Part shown: positions 1 through 11,338 of the stretch, one piece after another
Numbering within the stretch: position 1 is the first letter of the stretch
Layout: every line of letters starts with the position of its first letter
NCBI GenBank assembly: GCA_964270895.1
Contig: OZ185435.1
DNA: 64,000 bases
Source of the DNA: Podarcis filfolensis
Lineage: Eukaryota
Direction: 5' to 3' (one strand)
The notes under the pieces: generated by a model
Seen by the model: the letters and a program-made list of their open reading frames with translations, nothing else
Databases searched by the model: none
What the model was told of the DNA's origin: nothing
Position numbers and translations under genes: made by a program

Positions 1-315
1 AATATGGGCGAGAGGTATTGAGTTATTGCTTGCTAGCCCCCAGCCCCCACTTGGGCAAAATGCCCTGCCTTGTGTTGCCACCATGATGTGTAAATTTACA
101 GGGCCAACGCTGGCCAGAAACCCTAAAAAGTCCCAACAAAGCTGCTGCCGGGCCAGCTTCCTGCATAGCAGCTTAAGGTTCTATTGCTCAGGGAGTTTCC
201 ATGTGAAATGTGGAGCTGCGCAAGTGGTCCACATGTCCCTGTCCCTGCGATCCTAGCAAGCTGAGGGGATGATGGCAGCCCTGCATCTAACATTCCCATA
301 GTGAATTGCAACTTA

Positions 316-369
316 AGGAATAGTGGGGTTGGAAGGGACCCCAAGGATCATCTAGTCCACTCTCCCACA

Positions 370-415
<46 letters not shown>

Positions 416-790
416 CTATTTGAATCCCGCCCATCTGGCTGGGCTTCCCCAGCCACTCTGGGCAGCTTCCAACAAAATATTAAAATACAGTAATGCAGCA
501 AACATTAAAGGCTTCCCTAAACAGGGCTGCCTTAGATGTCTTCTAAAAGTTTTGTAGTAGACATCTGATGGGAGGGTGTACCACAGGGCGGGTGCCACTA
601 CTGAGAAGGTCCTCCACATGGTGCCCTGTAACTTGGCCTCTCACAGAGAGGGAACCACCAGAAGGCCCTAGGCGCTGGACCTCAGTGTCCGGGTAGAGTG
701 ATGGGGGAGCATGCAGCTGTCCCATACAGGGACCAATCCTGCAACCTAGGCATTACCGGCACCATACGCTGACCAGCTGAGCTATCCAGG
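316..790 (-). mobile_element. tRNA-Ile-headed, CR1-tailed SINE split by an L2 insertion
   Basis: About 716-790 reverse-complements to CCTGGATAGCTCAGCTGGTCAGCGTATGGTGCCGGTAATGCCTAGGTTGCAGG (decayed tRNA-Ile). About 316-370 is the CR1-like tail half. Compare the intact copy at 25625-25768. Confidence 0.7.
372..710 (-). mobile_element. L2 LINE 3' fragment with (AAT)n tail
   Basis: Minus translation FSVVAPALW...KTFRRHL matches the L2 copies at 16370 and 45876; (AAT)n tail at 372-415. Confidence 0.85.
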
Positions 791-2433
791 ATGATCCCTA
801 AAGACCCAGGTTTGACGTACCTGCAAGGAGGTGTAAGCATCATCCCTGTTCCCCTTCTCCCTGCTCCTGGATCGCCGCCTCTGAAGACGCTTTCTTCTGG
901 AAGAAGGCACCTAGGGCATCAGCAAGTCAACCTCTGCAGGAGAGGCAAGCTCTGGAGGCATCTGCAAAGGCCCTGTCATAGTCTGCAAAAAAACCCCCAA
1001 AACTAAACAGTGTGAGGAACTGGTGAAACCAATGCTTTGTGCACCACATGGGGACGCTATTCAGGCCGGAAACGCTGCCAGAGGCCATCAAATTCTAGGG
1101 CCAAGAGGGCCAAGCCCTAAGATCACTTGCTAGGCCAGACATAAATGTTTCCAATGAGATAACAAACTCGAGGCAGCCCACTGCCTGACCAGGTACCCCT
1201 GTTTGCCCTTTAGAGGGAAGCACCTCCTCAAGAAACCCAAAGTTCTTTTTGGGAGCAATATCACAAGTGGGCCAAACTACCCAGCAACAGAATAGTCCAA
1301 AAGGAGCAGCTTGTTATGTTTTGTGATAACAATGGCTAAGTGGGGGATATGAACCCTGACTCCCAGGTCCTGGTCCTGCACTCTAGCCACTAAGCCACAA
1401 TGGCTCGTCTCTAAAATGGCAGTTGCCACTATCAGGGCAAAACAAACTTGAAGAAAATAAACTTGTTCAGAAACAGCATAGTTAAAGAGCATACACAGAG
1501 TGCTCATTGGAGGCACAGAGAGCCTCTGGCTCCACTCTGTCTGCCGAAGATACACATTAGCAACAAATGAGCCTGCAAACAAACAGATAAATTCTTATAG
1601 AGAGAATGAGACACATGTCACAGAGACTTAACAATTTACTGTACTGCTAACTGTAGCAGGCTTAGGCTTGAATGATATGTGCAGGCCGAGAAGGCCTCCC
1701 TGCTTCTGTTCTCTGCCTTTTATTGTCTCATTGCAATATTAAAGGAACTCAATATAGTGCTCCCGCCCAAGGCTAGATTAAAACTCGGCCAACAGCACTG
1801 CATGCACCCAAAATAAAGCCAGCCTTTGGGGATACTATAAGTGAAAGTGATTCCAGCTAAGTTGGGAACAGCCCTGACTAGCCCCACAATTAAACAGGCA
1901 AAAATACAGGGAGAATCTTCCCACAGGGCAGGGTAAGGGGTGGGGTGATAAATCAAACAGGAAAAAAGGGAAATTAAATTAATTAAGGGACTAGAGAGGA
2001 TTAAAAAGAAGGGGGAAATAAAGAAATGTAACCAGACAATGAGAAGATGGCTCCTGATCCGATGCACTCTGCAAAGAGAAAGAGAAACCAGAGTGCACCA
2101 ATATTGAAAGACTATGGTCCCACCCACCCAATTTGCAACATACAATTTGCCCCAGCAACCCGGTTACCCAATCATGCCAGGCAACAACTCTTAACCTGCC
2201 TGGCAACAAGAGGCCTGGCCCGGCGGCCCACACCACAACACATGCTCTCATTTATTGGAGAACACGCTTTGTAGTATAAAAAGAGGTCAGATCCCACTAC
2301 TAAACATATGCACATTGTCCCTGCTGGGAACAAAATTTAATTTGTCTCTAAGATGGGAAATTAAGACACAAAAGAACCCATATCGGATGTTATCATTAAC
2401 AGTTTTATTTTAATTGAGAAAGAATAAAGCCAG

Positions 2434-3023
2434 GAACATAGGAAGCTGCCTTACACTGAGTCAAGCCATTAGTGTCAGAATTGGGGGGGTCAAAAGGCCA
2501 GCTGGCTCATCCCCAGCTGGAGCGTCTCCCTTCAGCCTTGCCGCTACGGAGATCCCTCAACCTCTGCTCCGATGTAATCAGTGACTCAAGCTTGCAGACT
2601 TGAGCACACTTTACTCAGCAGTGTAAACTGCACAACAGAAGAGGCTTGAGGCTGTAGACACATACTAAACTACACATTTATTATACATAAATCAGGACAA
2701 AGACAACATGGCATCTCTCCTTGCCGTCTTCTCGGAGAGAGACAGAAAAGCAAAAGCTGTACAGAGCGGAAGTTCCGCTCACGCCAGCAATCTGTGCTGG
2801 AATGTAAACAGACATGTGACACACAACAATCCCGTGTCTGCAGCAAAGGGTGGAATGGAATCCTCAACAATCAGTCCATTTAGCTTATTCTTTATTGCCT
2901 ACACTGACTGACAGTGGTTCTTCAGGGTTTCGGATGGGGGTCTCTCCCACCCCTACCCTGGAGATGCTGGGGATTGAACCTGGGACCTTATGCCTACAAG
3001 GCAAATTCTGCACCGCTGAACTT
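2434..3023 (-). mobile_element. tRNA-Ala-headed SINE interrupted by a solo LTR
   Basis: The halves 2434-2472 and 2870-3023 join into the same element as 42017-42208 and 62385-62572. Confidence 0.75.
2473..2869 (-). mobile_element. Solo LTR (397 bp)
   Basis: TG...CA termini; 5-bp TSD ATTAG/ATCAG (1 mismatch); AATAAA on minus strand at 2677-2682. Confidence 0.75.
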
Positions 3024-3993
3024 GCAGAGAGGTAGTTGCTGCTGCAGCCAAATCAGGAAAGTTTATGCTCACTGAGCTGATGCCTATCCTGACGCTAGCA
3101 TAGGCTGCTGAATTCAATGGGGAGACCATCCATGCCACAACCATACATTTGTACTATGCTGGCTGCAGCACCCTCCTGACAAACTTTATGATCACTGCTA
3201 AAGATTATTGCCATTTTTTGTTTTGTTTTGCTCAATCTGGATTTGTTGGCATTTTTTTTTGTAACCAAAATGTACTAAAAGCAAACCATTTGGCTAAGCT
3301 TTGTAATGTGTCCTTATGTGACTTGGGTCGGCGGGACGGCAGATGTGTTATTTATGCAGCAAAAGTTGGAACTGAAGTAAGGCAAAGAAAGAGTCCTAGT
3401 ATACATTATTTATTAGTCCTGGTGCTTTAGAGGTTTTTTTTTATTTAAGTATTTTGTTGCCTTGCATTCAGCTGAATCACATCTGACACTCCATGGGGGA
3501 AAAAATCCCAAAGCAAATTGGTTCTTACAAGGCAGGTTAAAGGTGCTTGTCAGCTTTCTTTATAAAAGTCTTAAAACCAATTAGCTTTTCACAATTCTGA
3601 AAAGAGGTTAGAGTTGCTGTGCTTGCTTAATTTGTTACAGAGGTATATAATTTTTCTTTTTCTTTTAAAAAGCTTAATAATGTTTACATGGTTTCCCTGC
3701 AGATGGCTCGTGATATTTCAAATGTATGCAATATATAGTCTTGCAGATGAGGGGGGCAAGGTAGAAAGAGGAAAGGTAAATGCCTTCTGAACCCAAGTAT
3801 TTCTAAAATGACTGTACATTTCTTCTGTGGAATTCAAGGCAGGGTGTATGTAGTATCCCATCCAGGCACCAACTGGATCAAAGCCTGCTTAGGTTCAGCA
3901 CAATTATTGCATGATATGCCTTCACTTTATAGTCTGAAAGGACATAAGCAAACTAAAATAAATTTAGATCACCCTTTGTTCATTTTGTGTATA

Positions 3994-4232
3994 CAGTGGC
4001 ACCTCTGGTTATGTACTTAATTCATTCTGGAGGCCCGTTCTTAACCTGAAACTGTTCTTAACCTGAAGCACCACTTTAGCTAATGGGGCCTCCCGCTGCT
4101 GCCGTGCGATTTCTGTTCTCATCCTGAAGCAAACCTGAGGTACTGTTTCTGGGTTAGCGGAGTCTGTAACCTGAAGCGCATGTAACCTGAAGCGCATGTA
4201 ACCTGAAGCGTATGTAACCCGAGGTACCGCTC
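3994..4232 (-). mobile_element. Tigger/pogo-like MITE with internal 3x16-bp tandem (GTAACCTGAAGCGCAT)
   Basis: Degenerate CAGTGG(T/C)ACCTC TIRs with TA flanks; reverse homologue of 27140-27365. Confidence 0.85.
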
Positions 4233-4374
4233 TATATATACACACACACCCATTCTTAGTGTTCCTCCTATTCAAGTGTCAAATAACCTTTCCTTACAAA
4301 ACTTGGTCACAATCCACCAGGAACTTCTGTGAAAACCCCACTGAATAAATGAGATCTATAGGAGTGTTATAGAA

Positions 4375-4760
4375 ATATATGCAGCCCTGGATCAGTATTG
4401 AGACCTGTGCTTTTTAACTTGTTCATAAACGATCTAGAATTACGAGCGAGCAGTGAGGTGGCGACCAGGTTTGCTGGTGACACTAAATTGTTCAGGGTCG
4501 TTGAAACAAAAAGAGTCTGTGAATTTGGAAAGGACCTCTCCAAACTGAGTGAATGGGCAGTAAAATGGCAAAAGCACTTCAATGTCAACAAGTGTAAAGT
4601 GATGCATGTCAGGGCAAAAAAATCTTAATTTCACATATACACTCAGGGTGTCTGAACTGGTGCTGACTGCCCAGGAACGAGACCTTGGGATTATAGTAAT
4701 GGCTCGATGAAGATATTGACCCAGTAGCAGCTGTGAAAAAGGCAAATTCCATGCCACAGG
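4375..4760 (+). mobile_element. CR1 LINE reverse-transcriptase fragment
   Basis: LFNLFINDLE...FAGDTKLF (decayed FADD)...DLSKLSEWAVKWQKHFNVNKCKVMH. Confidence 0.9.
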
Positions 4761-5868
4761 TTCCTTGTCCATGAATTAGTGTTTGCGACTGAAAAGAAAT
4801 GGATGATGGAAGAAAAATTATAGTTTTTACTATGATGCAGTGATCTGGATAAAGTAGCTGTAAATGGTGGCTGTCTAATGACATATAAAGTCTGTGAAGG
4901 TTAAGGCTGTAGCCCCATGTCCAATGTGAGCTCATTGGGGCTTACTTCTATGTAGACATGCTTTGGCATGACCTAGTTTCAGCTATCATTCTATTTATAT
5001 GGCATTAGGCTACCAAGATAGCAATTGCTTTCTCATTAGTCAAACTTTCTCTAAAAGATAATTTTATAATCCGATGTTAAAATAAAAAGCAATGGAAAAG
5101 TAGCTTAGCATTGTGTTACTCATCTTAGATGTCACTCTTGTGCTTTTAAATAGACTCTCACCTGTTCTTCATTGCATTGCAAGTAACAGCAAAAAAACCA
5201 TTAAAAAAACACACCATTCCTGAAATGTAAATTTTGATGTGAAATTTCAAAGAAGATCTGAATGATGTGTAGAGGGGCTCTGAAGGGATTATAGAAAAGG
5301 ACAGAACTGTGTGCTATTTAAAGCCGCAGCATATTACAAAAGGAGATTGTATAATGCGTTACCAGCTAGGGAAAAATCACAATAAAGCAAATGTCCTATG
5401 TACCCTTGCTATGTGGGACAACTTTTACCAAGAAAACCATGTGTTTTATCTCATAAAATATTTCATATATTTTTTGAAGAATTGCTATTCTAAGCATCTG
5501 TCTTTATGGTATTGTAATTTATTTCATAGTTAAATTTCAAATATTTTTTTTGGTCATGGAAAAAATGACAATTCTATGTTTTTAAAATTTTGTTTGGTAC
5601 TTTATGGCTAGATGCTGGTCTACAGAAAGCTTTTTAGACCCCAGCACCCCACTTTTTGCCTCACTGCAAAATGGGACTCACTTTTGCTTCTTCCTGGTAA
5701 ATTTCTAATTTTACTCTAGAATGTACCCAGAGTGTCCGAATAGGATGTATGGAATGTGTATTTTTCTACAATGAAAAGAAAATGTTTGGCCTTCAGTTCA
5801 ACTTCCACCTCCTATCACTGGCGTCTAGTCATGGCGGCTGTGTTTAACCTCTACTGCTGGAGGAAGTA

Positions 5869-6592
5869 CCGTATTTTTTTCATGTATAAAACGCCCCTAT
5901 GTATAAGACAACCCCTATTTTTTTGAACCCAAAATTAAGAAAACGAACCCCTAAAATAGAAGTGAAAATCTGGATTATTGGCGATGGCATGTTGTTGATC
6001 TTTTAGGGGGTGATTGCCCTCAAAGTTTCCAGCATGAGGTGCATGCAGTGCACTGAGGTGCAGAAGCAAAGGCAGCAACTGGGGCACCACACGCGCTCCC
6101 TTGGTGGCAGCTGCTGCTGCTGCTGCGGGGAAGCAGGCTCCCAAGCAGGATGCCAAGGAAGAGCCAGGGGGAGGCAGTGGCCACTCTGCGCTGGGCCATG
6201 CCATTGAGCAAACTGAGCTGAGGAAGGTGGTGAGTGGGCTGGGGGCAGGGTGGGAATTTGAGAGAGGAAGAGGGGGAAAAGGAAAGAAGGGCAAGGAGAA
6301 GTAGCTGAGGCAGCTCTCAGCAGCGGCGCTGGCAGCTGCTCTCGATCCGGTGGTTGAGCCAGCAGAGGCTTCAGGAGGCGAGCCAGTCGCCAGCATGCAG
6401 CCCGGAGAGGGGGAGAGAAAGGGGGAGTGGCAGCAGGAGGGACCGCCTCAGCCCGCCCAAGCCAAAATCCCGGACATATGCTGAAATATTTTAAAAATTC
6501 CCCCAGATGCCCATGTTCCGTGTACAAAACGACCCCCAATTTTTTACTATTTTTTTTAGCAAAAATTATGTCTTATACACGGAAAAATACGG
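5869..6592. mobile_element. Non-autonomous Tc1/mariner-superfamily element (724 bp) with GC-rich interior
   Basis: TIRs CCGTATTTTT...GTATAA / TTATACACGGAAAAATACGG; TA duplicated at 5867-68 and 6593-94. Confidence 0.85.
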
Positions 6593-6604
6593 TATTCCTC
6601 TGAA

Positions 6605-6745
6605 TTCCAGTTGCTAGCAGTCACAGGTAGAGAGAGTGCTGTTGCATTCAGATCCTGCTTTTCAGCTTCCCGTAGGGATCTGTTTGGCCATTATGATGCT
6701 GGACAAGATGGGCCATTAGCCCGATCCACCAGGGCTCTTCTTATG
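6605..6745 (+). mobile_element. CR1 3' end remnant
   Basis: Ends GGGCTCTTCTTATG; reverse homologue of 29579-29760. Confidence 0.6.
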
Positions 6746-7443
6746 GAAACGGCGGCCCTCCAGGTGTTGGTAGGACTCCAGCTCCAATCTTCCCTGACTA
6801 TTGGCCATGCTGACTGGGGTTAATGGGTCCATCATCTGTAGGACTGCAGGTTCCGCTTCCTTGGCGTATAGGGTCGTATTTCTTTCATGCGAAGCGATAT
6901 TTGGAAAGACAGAAGCCTTGCTTGGAGAAATGATCTGTTTTGCATGGCAATTGCGAGCGAATCCTGAATTGGAAGCAGCACCTAGGGTTAGATTTCCAAA
7001 GGTTAGGTTCACACTTGGGTGCCTCCCTTTAATTGAATTCCAGCAGAAGATAGGATTCAAAAATGCATTATGACCTTTTAAAAATTTACCTATTCAGCAT
7101 TTATTAATTCCAAAGCGTAGCTTAAGTCGCCTCATTCTTCAGATAGACATGACCTTGAGTGCTTCACAGAAATAAGGGTTTCAATAAAATAATGAAGGCA
7201 ACAACAAAAGAGGCAAGAGATCAAGTGGGAGCCTGAACCAAATACATGAAATAGTAGTGACAAAGCAACGCTGGGAGCAAAACCATGCAAAGCTTCTAAT
7301 GATCCTCTTTGTGCTTTGTAGTAGCATGTAGCAGAATATCCTTTCCCTGTAAAGTAGATGATGGGAGACCTTTCCTTCAAGGTGGGAAACCCAATTTGCC
7401 ACTCTTTCCCCTATACCTGTTACAGGCACTAAACATTTGTACA

Positions 7444-7953
7444 CCACTACTGGGAAAACCATAGCTTCCCAGTAGTGATGTACAAATGTTTAGTGGCCAT
7501 AAAAGGTATAGTGGTTTCCCCAGTAGTGATGTATGGAAGTGAGAGCTGGACTATAAAAAAGGCTGACTGCCAAAGAATTGATGCTTTTGAATTATGGTGC
7601 TGGAGGAGACTCTTGAGAGTCCCATGGACTGCAAGAAGATCAAACCGATCCATTCTTAAGGAAATCAACCCTGAGTGCTCACTGGAAGGACAGATCGTGA
7701 AGCTGAGGCTCCAATACTTTGGCCACCTCATGAGAAGAGAAGACTCCCTGGAAAAGACCCTGATGTTGGGAAAGATTGGGGGCACAAGGAGAAGGGGACG
7801 ACAGAGGATGAGATGGTTGGACAGTGTTCTTGAAACTACCAACATCAATTTGACGAAACTCCGGGAGGCAGTGGAAGACAGGAGTGCCTGGCATGCTCTG
7901 GTCCATGGGGTCACAAAGAGTCGGACACGACTAAACGACTAAACAACAACAAC
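7444..7953 (+). mobile_element. BovB (RTE) LINE, 5'-truncated, rearranged 5' junction
   Basis: ORF YGSESWTIKKAD...IDAFELWCWRRLLRVPWTARRSN...[12 protein letters not shown]; (CAA)n tail; 13-bp TSD AAACATTTGTACA at 7431-7443 and 7954-7966. Confidence 0.95.
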
Positions 7954-8140
7954 AAACATTTGTACAAGGGGAGGCACCCTCACCACACTTAGTGTTAACT
8001 TCTCCCACTGCAAGCTGTGGGTACCAAAACAAAAAAGAGAGAGAAGAAAACCTCATTCTGCAACTGTTCATCGTGTTTGAAGTAGGGAAATTTCCCGTGC
8101 TGAACAGATAAAGTATGGAATGTGCTACCAGAAGATCCAC

Positions 8141-8249
8141 AGAATCATAGGATTGTAGAGTTGGAAGGAACCACAAGGGCCATCTAGACCTTTTGCTCGA
8201 GGTGGGGTTTGAACCCACAACCCTGAGATCAAGAGTCTCATGCTCTACC
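8141..8249 (-). mobile_element. tRNA-Lys(CTT)-headed, CR1-tailed SINE
   Basis: Reverse complement GGTAGAGCATGAGACTCTTGATCTCAGGGTTGTGGGTTCAAACCCCAC, followed by a CR1-type ATTCT(A/G)TG tail. Confidence 0.75.
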
Positions 8250-9441
8250 CTCTGTATAGTGATGGCCACCAACTTGAATAGCTTTAAAAAGGGATGAGAG
8301 AAAGTCATTGAGGATAACAGCCACTAGTCACAATGGCTTTGTAGCGCCTGCAGTGCCAGAGGCAGAGGGGGGCATCTGAATTCCAGTGTCTGGACATTCG
8401 TTGAGCAGGAAAGTGCTATTTGCCCTTATTTGCTGCTTGTAGGCTTCACTCGTTGGCCTCTGTGAGAGCAGAATGCTTAGGGCCACTAGCCTAATCTGCT
8501 AGGAGTGCTTTTTTATGTTATAGAACACTTAATTAGTTAGTGCACTAACTACGCTTTCCCACTACGCTTTCCCTGGAGCATATACAACTGTTTTAATTCT
8601 ATAAAGGGGAGAGTTGTAAACAGGTAAGATACATGAGGGGAAAGATGAGTATTTGCTACTATCCTGTTCCTCATTGGGAAGCTCAGAAACACTTTTTTGG
8701 GGGGGTCTCCATCCAGGCGTTGGTGCACACCTACTTGCTTCGTGGTACTATGGCTACATGTGACCCCATACCATTATTTGCCATAGATTTATGTTCCAGC
8801 ACTGAAGAAGAAAGCACACAGCTTAACGCTACATTTCATTTTTTGAAAAAGAATGGAAAAAAGGAGACAGCTTGGAAAGAGGAAAGATTCATAAGGGGCT
8901 AGGAAAGTATTGCATAAGAGGGGTGGTTTCTGATTTTTTTAAATAAATAATAATAATAATACTTTTTATCACTTTCTAGCCCTCTCAAAGCAGCTTACAA
9001 AAGATCCTTACAATAAAAATCGCATTCAGGCCTGTTATCCAAAACAGAAATAGCATGATGTCCCTGTGGTGTGCCGAGATTATTCAGTTAGAGGTACATG
9101 CATGCAAAAAGTCCCACATATTATCCTTGGCATTCTCCAGGTAGGTCTGGGAATGTCCTGTGTCTGAACTCTTGGAGAGCTGCTTCTGGTCAGTATTGAC
9201 AATGCTGAGCTAAATGGACCAATAGTCTTACAGTGAAAGGCAGGCTCCTATGTTCCTATATTGTTCTTTTGTAACCATGTGGGGCAGCTCTCCTAGAATG
9301 GCTTGAACAGCAAGGAGAAAAGTCACTATACAATTGTTGATGTGAACGCATAGGCAGCTCAATCTGTATAATCCTTTTGGTACTACAAAGTTCAGATGAA
9401 GAAGACATGTGGCTACAGCAGGTGGAAGGGTGAGGCAGAAA

Positions 9442-9487
<46 letters not shown>

Positions 9488-10956
9488 TATTTTATAGTGG
9501 CAGGGAGCGCATGACACTGCTCTGGCATTTGCAGAAATAAAAAAAATTGGTGATTTTTTAATGGACAGTGCAATTTGTGATTTTCTACCTGTCATGCCAA
9601 AAATCAGGCAAAGCCACTCCCAAGCCATGTTTTGGTCAACCAGTTTGATTCAAAGTGGCCCCCGGCATCCAAACATCAATGAAGATGGCCTCCCCCACTT
9701 CGGGAAGCCTTGTGCTAAGTTTGACTACAGGTAGAGTCATGCCATGGTCACATTTCAGTCCACCATCTTAATTCCAAATGGCAACCGGTCAACAATTACT
9801 ATAATTTTTCTCAGGGCAAAGAGGTGCATCTTCAGCATATGAGGGAAACTATATAACTATATAATGAAGGTGCTTGACACACGTCTGTGAGCCTTCAGAT
9901 TGGCTCAGGAAATTTCCCCACAGTCTTTCCTGCCAGGAAAATTCCCAAGACAGATAGAAAGATGTATTCTCTTGTGAAATGCATTATCTTCTAAGTGGTT
10001 TGCCCTTCTCTCCATCTGTTCTCCATAGATTTCATTGCCTCTTGAGATATTGTTGTCAAACGCAGCACAAGGGTTCCTTACTGGAGGAGGCGGTCCAGAT
10101 TGTTGACTACTAGTAGGAGGTTTTATCATATAACACCAATCCTGGCACAACTGCATTAGCTGCCATTTAGTTTCCAGGCTCAAATCAATGCACTGGTTTT
10201 GACCTATGAAACCTTATGTGTTCAGGACCCCCAGTACATTAGAGATACCCTCCACCCACAGGATCCTCCAAGGGAGGTGCAGATGTTGGCAACACAAGAC
10301 TCGGCCTTCTCTCTCTCTCTCTTTTAATTTCATCTTATTAATATAATTTTAATATAAGATTCAGCCTTCTCAGTGATGGCTTCCTGACAGTGGAATGCTC
10401 TCCCCAGAGAGTTGTACCTGCCACCATAATAATCATAATCCATACTGAGACCTGGTGGTAGTAATTGATGATGACAACAATGTTAGGGGAGAATGGTGAA
10501 GATGGACAGGGCCTAAATTTTTGGCATTATGTCAATACATTCAAAACCCCCAATAGTTCAATTAAGTTTGTGGAGAGGGTTTATTTTAGAAGATTAGGAT
10601 AAAGTGATTTCTCAACGTCTTGGATTGTGATCATAAAAGATGCATCACATGAATTAATGTAGGGCATTATCTTCCCCTTTCCCTTCCCTCCTTTCTTATC
10701 CACTTTAGTTCCTCCCTTCCTTTTGTATCAGTTTGTTTAAAAGGTGGGCGGGGGAGTGATGGAAATACTCCTCCAGTTTCCATCAAATAATATGCCAAAC
10801 CCCAAATACGGCTTTGAACTACCTCAGGTCACTTCTGTTTCCTGAGCATTCATCCAGATTTATTCGAACAATGCTTTCTGGGAGGTAATACAGTGTTGGC
10901 TGCTAATTGAGTATTTATTCATTTTGATTTGCTTGTGGGGAGATAATATGATGTCA

Positions 10957-11338
10957 AGGGACACAGGTGGTGCTGTGATCTAAACCACTGAGCCTCTTGA
11001 GCTTGCTGATCACAAGGTCAGCAGTTTGAATCCACGCGACAGGGTGAGCTCCCATTGCCCTGTTCCAGCTCCCGTCAACCTAGCAGCTCAAAAGCATTCC
11101 GGCACAAGTAGATAAATAAGCTGTGGCGGGAAGGTAAACGGTGTTTCCATGCACTCTGGCTTCCGTCAGGTGTTCCGTTATGCCAGAAGCGGTTTAGTCA
11201 TGTTGGCCACATGACCCAGAAAGATGTGCAGACAAACGCCGGCTCCCTTGGCCTGAAAGCGTACATGAGCACCGCACCCCATAGTCGAATTCGACTGAAC
11301 TTAACCATCCAAGGGGTCCTTTGCCTTTTTTTACCTTT
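10957..11338 (+). mobile_element. Sauria SINE, full length
   Basis: GGGACACAGGTGG...GGGGTCCTTT(G/A)CCTTT tail; 13-bp TSD TAATATGATGTCA at 10944-10956 and 11339-11351. Confidence 0.92.

Noticed and set aside
791-2290. Several ORFs of 70-140 aa (791-1006, 1277-1582, 1720-2145, 2047-2274), possibly a decayed LINE 5' region
   Set aside because: No motif I can assign with confidence. The 1277-1582 ORF runs through a reverse tRNA-SINE head (about 1330-1405). Left unclassified.
5935-6539. Overlapping ORFs of 153 and 178 aa with poly-Ala/Gln/Cys
   Set aside because: They lie inside a TIR-bounded element, and GC-rich (CTG)n sequence is open in many frames.
8548-8573. Short perfect tandem duplications (13 bp at 8548-8573; 12 bp near 45070-45095)
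   Set aside because: Ordinary slippage products with no further structure.
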